NCBI GenBank assembly: GCA_973895155.1
Contig: OZ316895.1
Span: 22,580,558 to 22,644,557 of the forward strand
Reading direction: 5' to 3'
Origin: Marsupella aquatica
Taxonomy: Eukaryota > Plantae > Marchantiophyta
DNA length: 64,000 nucleotides
Each line of letters begins with the position of its first letter. Position 1 is the first letter of the stretch. The notes under the pieces are model-generated. The model made no database searches. It saw nothing but the letters and a program-made list of their open reading frames with translations, and had not been told where the DNA came from. Below, piece after piece: positions 48,203 through 58,300 of the stretch. A program made the position numbers and the translations under genes.

Positions 48203-51103
48203 TGTTAGGTATTTACTCAAGGTCTAGGGTTACGGCATGTAACCGTAGTTAAACTAACTGTAGTCAGAGACGTGGTTAGGTTAACTAGGATGCACACTAT
48301 ATGCCAAGCGGTGTTTGCTTGGATAAGTGGAACTTAGGCTCATTGTTATGGAGCCACTTGAGAGATGAGGAGAGCTTACACTGTGGAGACTTGGTATGGT
48401 CGACGGGCTTAGAGTTCAGTAAAGCTCTCTTGTGTGTTCCCATGGACGTAGCCTCGAGGAGATGAACCACGTATCTCTTGTGTCGACTACTTGCGCGTTG
48501 GATGTGTCATGTGCTTACCATTACGAGTGTCGTCTATGCTCAACAATTGGTATCAGAGCATGCCTAGGAGGTGACATTGTTCGTGACGGGATTTTGTGAC
48601 GGTTTTTTCCAGCGTTGAGTGTCGGTGGATTTTCCAGAGCTCCGTCACATGGAACTTGGAGTTTATGGGCTCAGCGGATAGATCGGGGCAAGGGCTTTCG
48701 AACGGTGCAAAGAAATTGCTAAACGGAGATCGTGGTACGGAGAGATCTAAGTTTTCGTCATTCTGGAATTTGTGAAAAAAGTTGGCAACATTCGTGTTCG
48801 ACGGTTTTTTGGAGGAGGGACCAAATTTTGTTTTCCCGACGGTGTGAGCTCTACGGCGAAGGAGGCGTCGCATGCTGTAGCTCTGCTTGTAGATCGGGAC
48901 GAGCTGATTGTTTTGGTAGATGGTTTGTTGCCGAGTGTGTAACGAGTGCGTCGCATTGAGCAAAAGAAGCATTGTCGGTGGGTTTGTTGCCGAGTGTGTA
49001 ACGAGTGCGTCCAACCCACCGACATCGGTTTATGATTCCTCACCATAATCCGAACGTTACAAGGTGCAAGCTTTTTTTGTTTGATTTCCACAAGCATTTT
49101 TGGATTTCTTACGGGCTAATTTTTTGTTCGAAAAACTCTCTCTCTCTCTCTGTGGATACGTTGCGACAGTATATAAATAAATGAGTATAAGTTTGACTAG
49201 TGATATGGAATCCCTAGAAACTAAATGAGTATAAGTTTGACTAGTGATATGTAATCCCTAGAAACGCCATTGACGTCCTTTGACATGTGTAACACCCACC
49301 AATTATAATACATTACACATTACACATATAATACCTATGTATGGTCCAAAAACATTTTATTTATTTTTTCTCTCAACCACGTGGGAGGCATTAACACCTT
49401 ACGATCACCATCCTGAGATTAGGTAGCCCAACACTACTTAGCGCCAGCTCTACTGGCGGCGACCCTAACTTACCCCCTCCTCTATGGCCTGCCTTCCACC
49501 TAAAACCTCTGCCCCAACTCGAACAATCAGTCATGCACACATTTCAGCGCGCGCTCAACAGGTACCGCTCTTCTCATATTGATTCCTTTTTTGTTATATT
49601 TCATGAATAGCTTAGTCTAGCCCATAACTGATATATGTCTCCCCGTTACCGCCTGGGCATCTTGGTAACAGAAACATATAGCATGAATTTGTCAGTAAAT
49701 TGGCTTGATTCACCCCAGGGACGGGGGCTGAATGACGGACCTGGGGCTTGCAATGTAGTCAAGTCAACTACATGTCAGTTATGGTTTAAGGTCTACTTCT
49801 GTCTATAAGACTAACAGATTTGATGCACCGATGGTCCATGCATAGAGCTCTGCTTAGAGCTATATGCTAGTTCTAACAAGCTACATATATGTCGTATACT
49901 GACCATGCTAACTATTAATAATTTTTTGTTGTTCCTAACACTGCAGCAATTCGCCCCTATCTACACCACTAGTATCTCCAAGAAATTGTTTTTTGTTGAC
50001 TTGATAGAGTAATCCTTCTTTCTATACCCTTGGCATTGAGATCTATCTACCTATTACTCTATGAAAAGTTTTTTAAATCCTGGTTATTCTTGACACTTGT
50101 TACTTCTATCATTAGTTATTTCTATCCCCTATTTTACGCTGTACTTCCAATTGCAGCACCTGCCACTACGCTTTGATTAAGCTATATTGAGACCTGTCCT
50201 CTTAACGAATTGAGGGCTGTATGAGTAGTAACTTTTTTGATACCTATAATCTCCGTCAGAACTTTTCATTGTACTTCTGTGAACTTACTTTACCATTTGT
50301 CACCGGCAATATATGAAGTTTTCTGACTTGGACTATAAGGTGTAATGTTTATCTATCCAGGACTCCTCCCAGACCCTACTAGACCCGCCCTTTGCTCTCG
50401 CCCTCGCGGTTCCGGCGCCGAAAACCCCTAGCCCCAGTTTTTTCTTGTGTACGCGGCTGCGTACGCAGCCGCTTTGTTACCCTTCCTTCCCCGACTATAC
50501 TCCCGGTCCTGCCTTGCCGGTACGCGGCAGCATATTGCCGCCACCCGGTTTGCATACTCTGCCCGTGTACGCCCGATTTTAAAAAAAGGGGTTCCCAACC
50601 CCCTTTAGGCCCTTATTTTTAATTCTTTTACTCCCTTCTGATTGGTAGCCGCATCTCGGGACCTGCCGCCCTCCACTTTAACCGCTTGGACAGGGGGAAT
50701 GGCTCCCTGTGAGCCTGCTGCTTTGTGTGGGAATATTCCCCCAAAAAACAGAGAGTGTGTTTTTGGTCATCCATCGAAGATTCCATCCGCCAAACGGTAA
50801 CTTTTTTGGTTCGTCTTTGGCAAGATGCTAGCCATCGGAGTTGGCAAAGCGGTGCACAAATTGAATTGCATTTCCGATGTTGGGTACCAGTTCACATTTT
50901 GGTTATTCCCCGAGGTGGTCAAAACGGGGGAGAATTCCAAGTTTTACCCACCCCGACCAAAAAGTGAATAACTTTTACGTCGGAGTTCGGTTTTGATTCT
51001 GGTTTTCAGCATTGGAGAGCTAGGCTTGTGGGCTATGCGGCGGTGATAAGTTTTGAGTTTTTTTAAGAAGTTGAAAAAACATCATTTTTTCTTGCATTCT
51101 CAC

Positions 51104-52132
51104 ATGAGTGATTTGGAGGAGATTTTTGAAGAAGTGGATCTTGAAGCACGAGGATCACCACGACGATTTGAGGAGGAGAGATAGGAGTAGGAGGAAGCGC
51201 ACATGACACCGGTACAATCACCAGTGCAGCGAGTAGAGGGAATTGTGAAGGAAAAACAGATGGCATCCAGGTTCGGAGGTGTCAAGTTTGAGGTGGAAAA
51301 GTATGATGGGCGTACGGACTACTTGTTCTGGGAGAAGCAAGTGAAAGGAATTCTTTGCGCTATGGGCCTAGATCATCTTCTCTCTACACGAGAGATGTAC
51401 GATGATGAGGAGGAGATTCCACTAAAGAGGTGGAGGCAGGAACGAGTAATTGTAGTGAATGCGGTGATGCTTTATCTGAAGCCGCATATCATCAAGAAGT
51501 TGGATGACTATGTGGATTGTGCAACTCTATTCAAAGCCCTAAGGGAGAAATACTATCGAGAGGATGCATCAGATCGATTGTACAAGAAGTCTCTCTTAAT
51601 GAGCCTTCGGCTCAAAGAGGGGAACAAGCTCCAAGATCACTTGGATAAATTTGACAGCCTAGCTGTTGATTTGTCTAATCTCGGTAAGGGCGTTGAAGAA
51701 GAGGACAAGACCTTACTTCTTCTCAGCTCCTTACCCCCATCTTATCAGGGTTTGAAGCAGGTTCTCTTGTATAGAGACTTGAAGTCTATTTCATACGATG
51801 AGGTGGTAAGCTCTTTGCTGTCAGATGATGCACAAAAAAAGTTGGGTCAAGCCCAGACAGCATCGTCATCTGGTGCTGCCTTGAATGTGAATCGTGGGAG
51901 GTCACAACGGCATCCCAAGCAGCGCATGAATGGCAAGGGAAGAAGTAAATCTAGGACAAGATTTGCTTCAAGGGGGAAGTCCTAGGAGAGAAAGCCAATA
52001 GTCTGTTGGAGGTGTCACAAGGTTGGTCACGTTAAGAGGGATTGTAAGGGTAAGGCAGTTGAATCTTCATCAACCAATGTGGCTAGTGTTGATGGAGAAG
52101 TTGATTTACTCAATGATGAGTATGTTTTATGA
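51104..52132 (+). pseudogene. gag: gag of element 2, with premature stops
   Basis: MSDLEE.. at 51104 is in frame with ORF 51203-51985 (VEKYDGRTDYLFW, LQDHLDKFDSL). The frame continues past a TAG to CWRCHKVGHVKRDC and ends at TGA 52130-52132. Confidence 0.92.
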
Positions 52133-55100
52133 AGTCAGGAATATGCCCTGTGCACATCATCTAGGAGAGCAAATGATGTGTGGATTCTTGATTGTGCTTG
52201 CTCCTTTCACATTTGTTACATTCGCGAGTATTTCAATTCTTATTCTGTGTCAAACGGTTCAGTTTTGATAGGAAATGATCACTCTTGTCGAGTTGAGGGT
52301 ATTGGGTCTATAAAGATTCAAATATTTGATGGCATTGTGCGCACAGTGTTCGGAGTCAGGTTTGTACCTGGCATGCGTAAGAATTTGATTTCACTCGGTG
52401 TGTTGGATACAAATGATCATCAATGGCAAGTAATTGATGGTGAACTTCAAGTCATGTCGGGAGAGACAATGATTTTGAAGGGTAGAAGACAGAAGAATAT
52501 GTATGTTTTACAGGGCAATATAGTATGTGGAGAGGCCAATGTAACCAAGTCTCACGAGGAAATGACTCAATTGTGGCATTCACGGCTAGGCCACATGAGT
52601 GAGAAGGGTTTGGCTATCTTGCGGAAGAATGAGCTCATTTCTGATTTGCAGTCTTGTAAATTGGATTTCTATGAGCATTGCATTTTTTAAAAGCAGCATC
52701 ATCGTACTTTCGGTGTTGGAACTCATGGTTCCAAAGCGGTTCTTGAGTACATACATAGTGACGTGTGGGGACCATCCCCGACTTCCTCACATTCTGGAAA
52801 ATTGTACTATGTATCCTTCATTGACGATTACTCAAGATTTGTATGGATTTATTTCATGACGCATAGGTCTGATGTCTTGTCCATTTTTACAAAGTGGAAG
52901 ACCCAAGTGGAGAATCAGACAGGAAACATTGTTAAGTGTTTGGATACAAGGGTGAAGAGTCTAAGGTTAGACAACGACGGGGAGTACACTTCAATAGAAT
53001 TTGAAGAGTACTGTGCAGAACAGGGGATAACTCGCCATCTTACCACAGTTTATACTCCGCAGTAGAATGGTGTCGTTGAGAGGCTCAATTGAACACTATT
53101 GGAGCGGTCACGGAGTATGTTGAGCCAATCAGGTTTAACACGGGAATTTTGGCCAGAAGCTGTCAATACTGCAGCTTATTTGGTAAATCTTTCTCCTTCT
53201 AGTGCAATCAATTTCAAAATGCCGTTTGAAATGCGTTATAAGCGGCAAGCAGACTATCATGGCTTGGTAGTTTTTGGAAGTGATGCATATGCTCTCACAC
53301 CAAAGCAGAATAGGACCAAGTTGGATCCTACGTCCAAGAAATGTATTTTTCTTGGGTATCAGAGTGGTGTGAAGGCCTACAGGCTATGGGATCCTATTGC
53401 CTGTAAGCTCGTTGTCAGTAGGGATGTTTCCTTCAATGAATCCAGATTATTGAAGGAGGGGGAGAATACTCAGGTCTCCCGTACTGACAAAGGAAAATCT
53501 CCTATCCCGGATCTTGTTGAGGGGGAGATTGATCATGAGGTACATGATCGGAGAGAAGGAGGTGCTCCAAGCATGGAGCTGGTTCTTGTGCCAGAGGAAC
53601 AAGAGGAGTTTGTTGATGCTGGTGAGCAGCAAGTGGATGTTGCTGAGCTTCAAATTGTACCAGTAGATGCAATTCAACCGGAGTCATCGACTAGAAGAAC
53701 ATCTGGTCGCACTGTACGCGCTCCTCCTAGGTATGGACAGTGGGTTGATTCATCTCAATTGCAAGAGGATGATTTTGCAGCTGATGATGAGGGTGATGCG
53801 TTGGTTTTGGAAGAAGGGGAACCTTCTTCATTTCATGAGGGAAGTGCTTCTAAGGAGAAGCAGGAGTGGACTGCAGCAATGCAAACGGAGATGCAATCAC
53901 TGAAGGACAACAAAACTTGGGAGCTTGTTAAGTTGCCTAAGGGTCAGCAAGTGGTGGACAGTAAGTGGATTTACAAGCTGAAGGATAATTCCGCAGGAGG
54001 TGGATCGAAGGTCTACAAGGCTAGGTTGGTAGCAAAGGGATTCACAAAAGAGAAAGGTGTGGATTACAATGAGGTCTTCTCACCAGTTGCTAAGTACTCT
54101 ACAATATGGCTATTGTGTGTGCTTGTTGTAATGTTTGGTCTACTGCTAGATCAGATGGATGTTATCACAGCTTTCCTCTATGACACCTTGGAAGAGGTAA
54201 TCTTCATGAGACAGCCACTAGGTTTTGTGAAGAGAGGACAGAAGGAATTGGTTTGCAGATTGCTAAAATCCTTGTATGGGTTGAAGCAGTCACCAAGACA
54301 GTGGAACAAGCGGTTTGACGATTGGATTTGGTCACAAGGTTTTCACAAGAGTGTGTTTGACCCTTGTGTATATTTGAAACCGGTGAAGAATGTTGTCTTT
54401 GGGTTCATTGTTTTAGTACTTATGTGGATGACATGCTTATTGCGGCCAAAGATAGGTCTGAGATTGTTAAGCTTAGCACTGCTAAGTGCAGAGTTTAAGA
54501 TGAAGGACCTAGGGCCAGCTAAGAGGATTTTGGGTATGGAGATCACTAGGGACTTGGAGGCTGGTAAGCTATGGTTGACATAGAGCAATTATGCGAGGAA
54601 GGTAATTGCTAGGTTCAACATGGGGGATAGTAAGCCAGTAAGTACGTACCTCTTTGGCTACACACTTCAAATTGTCATCAGCTTTTTGTCTCACAGATGC
54701 GACAGAGAAGGGGCTGATGTCAAAGGTTCTTTATGATAAGGCAGTGGGAAGTCTCATGTATTTGATGACTTGCACTAGACCTGATCTTGCCATGGCTATG
54801 GGCAAGGTGAGCAGGTACATGTCAAATCCAAGGATGGTACACTGGGAAGCAGTGAAGTGGATTATCAGGTACTTGAAGGGTACCGTGGATCATGGTCTTT
54901 TATTTGATGCAAATGCAAAGAATGCGAGATCATTGATTGGATATGTAGATTCTGACTATGGACAAGATCTAGACCGAAGGAGATGAACAACAGGGTACGT
55001 GTTCACACTTGGCGGTGGATGCATAAGTTGGAGGTCTACTTTGCAGAAGTATATTACTCAGTCCACTACAGAAGCGGAGTATGTTGCAGCAGCGGAAGCA

Positions 55101-55394
55101 ACGAAGGAAGCGATTTGGTTGGATAGACTTATCACTGAAATGAGATTGCCACAGGGGAATGTGAAGCTCCATTGTGATAGTCAAAGTGCGCTCCACCTTG
55201 CTGTGAACCAGGTGATGGACAGTAGAGTGAAGCACATAGACGGCAGGTACCATTTTATCAGGCAGGCTGTGTCTGATAATTTGTTTGAGCTAGTCAAGAT
55301 AGACGGTAAACTCAACCTAGCTGACGCATTTACCAAAGTGATTCCTTCGGAAAGTTTCTCTAGACATCGTGATGTGCAATTGCGTCACAAGTAA
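52133..55394 (+). pseudogene. pol: Disrupted pol of element 2 (protease, integrase, RT, RNase H)
   Basis: WILDCACSFH, LWHSRLGHMSEKG, SFIDDYSR, FWPEAVNTAAYLVN, YKARLVAKGF, SLYGLKQSPRQW, STTEAEYVAA and CDSQSALHLA, with several stops and frameshifts. Confidence 0.94.
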
Positions 55395-58300
55395 GGGTTT
55401 TTCTTAACATTCGTTGTAATTACTGATATATGCTCTTCTTCACTCCTAGTAATAGGCTACAACTTAGTTCTGGTTTGCTCTAGTTAGAGAGGGGAAACCA
55501 TGTTGGTTTTCGTCCAGAACTTCCCGCTGAGGAATCATATAGGTTAGCAGTATTACCCTCCCCTAGACCAGAGTCAAGGGGGAGATTGTTAGGTATTTAC
55601 TCAAGGTCTAGGGTTACGACATGTAACCATAGTTAGACTAACCATAGTCAGAGACGTGGTTAGGCTAACTAGGATGCACACTATATGCCAAGCGGTGTTT
55701 GCTTGGATAAGTGGAACTTAGGCTCATTGTTATGGAGCCACTTGAGAGATGAGGAGAGCTTACACTGTGGAGACTTGGTATGGCCGACGGGCTTAGAGTT
55801 CAGTAAAGCTCTCTTGTGTGTTCCTGTGGACGTAGCCTCGAGGAGGTGAACCACGTATCTCTTGTGTCGACTACTTGCGCGTTGGATGTGTCATGTGCTT
55901 ACCGTTACGAGTGTCGTCTATGCTCAACACTTCCTAGGATGCTCACATACCCCAGTAGCATAGAAATAACATCATGAAAACCCAAAATAAACAATAAACC
56001 AAGTTAAAGTAATGTTGGTTTAAAGAAAACACTCTAACCGTTAGTTATCAAGATTTGATCTCCTTTGTCGATCTAAGCAATTTGACAACATGCATAATTA
56101 TTGAATTTTTTGTGACCATTGTGCATTGTCGTCCACCCTCCTCTTTATTAGCTAGTGTTTGACTGTATGTGTCAATCACTCAGATCTAACAGCTAGAGTC
56201 AGTCATTGTTTTGTTTTTTAAAGTAAATGAATAAAATATCAAGAAATGATTTAACTATTGCAATTGAAAAAGTAGATAGAACTGTTACAAGAGGTTATAT
56301 TTCCCCCCACTCTTTGATATTTGCTATGCTAATTTCACATTTTCAAGGTTTTGCCATTCTTTGGTCAAACTATTTTTGCTGGCATTGCAACAAACATGAA
56401 TGGTGGTGTTTGTTTGTCTTTGCAAACATTGTTGTTTGTGTTTGTGGCACAAACCATTGATGTAGCACAACCATAGGCCAAGAATTTTGGAATGGACTTG
56501 TCATGGGGGTATGTAAATATCTGAATGACTATGGTAGCTCTGCATTGTCCCTGCTAGGCATGGTGACAATGTTGCAGCCATTGTATCCTTGTGTCATCCC
56601 TCCCTCAAATGACCCACAGTCAGTCTAGCCATAGGCTTTGATCAAAGGATTGATTAGTGCCTTATTATACACATATTGTGTGCAACAACATTAGGTAAAA
56701 AATAAATAAAATCCTGGAAATACACAAGGGTTTGACAATGTGCTCAGATGGACCAGCAAAACCCTGACAAACTGAAACCGTTAGGTTATACTTCCAGAAC
56801 AATAATGTTTATAGTTATTTCAGAGTACTTTTTTGTATTTTATTACACTATGGTTTGAGTGTCCTTTTTGAATGTCCATAAGCCACTTTTGTGTCTATGA
56901 AATCTCTTTTCCCAACAAAACAGCTAAAATAACTCACAGAAAGCAAAAAGAAATCAAGACACAACCAAGAAAATTGATTATTGTCAGGACTCACTCCCAT
57001 AAAGACCATGTTGTATAGTGATGAATATGAAACAACAGTACATACAACAATCTGAAATAATTCATTCACAGTACATAACAACCAGGCCCGTGACCAAAGA
57101 GAGTTTGGTCACAAGAGACTGAATTTAAAAGAGCAAATATTAAATTTAGTTCACTTATTGAAAGAGTGTTTTATTGGTAATGGATAGAATTAAAATCAAT
57201 TGAAAACATTGTTATAAGTGCTTAATCCCATCCTTCTCCCAGGAAAAAATAATAATCCCCATCCTTCTCCCAAGGAAAAGTAAGAAGAAAAATAAAGACA
57301 TCAACTAAAAAACAAAGAAAATAAAATTAAAAATTAAATAAAAACAAAAGACAAATGGAGTAAATGTTTCTTTCATGTCTTTCCTATTCCTAAGTAAGTC
57401 ATTATGGTCTTGTCTCAATAATAGTTTATATAAAATACATGCATCATTGCATCATAGGTTTGTTTACTCTTTAGAACAAGTGAAGTATTATTGCAATCCA
57501 TCGTACTGCAGTCCATTGTATTAAAAAATAAAAAATTGTATTGCAGTCCACATGTAATGCAAACAAAAGTATCTTGGGGATTTTTTTGGTACTCCATCAC
57601 ATAGCTGAACATAGTTCAGCCAAAAATAAATTCAAGCAGCAACCCAGAAAAAAACATTTGAGAAATTAGGCTCTCTTGTAAAACTCTTTTGTTCTTTGAC
57701 ATACTGTATATTTGAAAATGGATTCTTTAAAGACACTCCCTCTTACACTCCCATGACAGCAAAAGCTAGTTGAACCCCAATTTACATAGTTCTATAGAAA
57801 TTGTCCATTATTGCCTATTAAGGTAGACCATTCCTTGACCTATGTGCCTTGTCCCCTGATTAAGTTGGTGAATTTGTCATCCATGTAGTGTGAGTGCTCC
57901 TGTCTGAGACACAGTATGATGGGACTGTACTTGCACCTGCCTTTAAGGTAATGCATTCACTTATTATGGTCCTCTCTTACTCCTCACCACATGTAGGTTT
58001 TGATGTCTCATTGCAAGTCATTGTCTCTATACAATGTTGAACCTGGCAAACACAACATAGATGTCAGCAGGTCAAATCATAATTTAAAGAAGAACTTGAT
58101 AGTATAATCAAACCCATACTATACCCTTTATGTATATTGGGTCCCGAGATGGACCTTTACTGTGTCTAAGGTAGACCATATGCACATAATGTCCCATCAC
58201 GGGACCATTGGTATTCGTTAAAGGAATGGTTGCCACAAACAGGCCAAACATGATATGGCACAAACAAGAAACAGGAAACTAAAGTCCGACACACAATCTG

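Larger units (their letters stand above)
48203..55929 (+). mobile_element. Ty1/copia LTR retrotransposon (Tnt1/Tork-like), full length but decayed, with an enlarged 5' leader (element 2)
   Basis: 343-bp TG..CA LTRs at 48203-48545 and 55587-55929 with 11 differences by manual count, all transitions. TSD CTACC (48198-48202) / CTTCC (55930-55934). PBS TGGTATCAGAGC at 48548-48559; PPT AGAGTCAAGGGGGAGAT at 55570-55586. Confidence 0.97.

Noticed and set aside
50689-50716. TGGCTCCCTGT..GCC resembling the miR160 core
   Set aside because: Only a partial match, the 5' end is missing, and no precursor-length fold-back with a star strand is present.
23820-55990. Segmental duplication as the explanation for the two copia elements with similar flanks
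   Set aside because: Opposite orientations relative to the flank, different TSDs and positions, different LTR lengths, and flank divergence far greater than the within-element LTR divergence.
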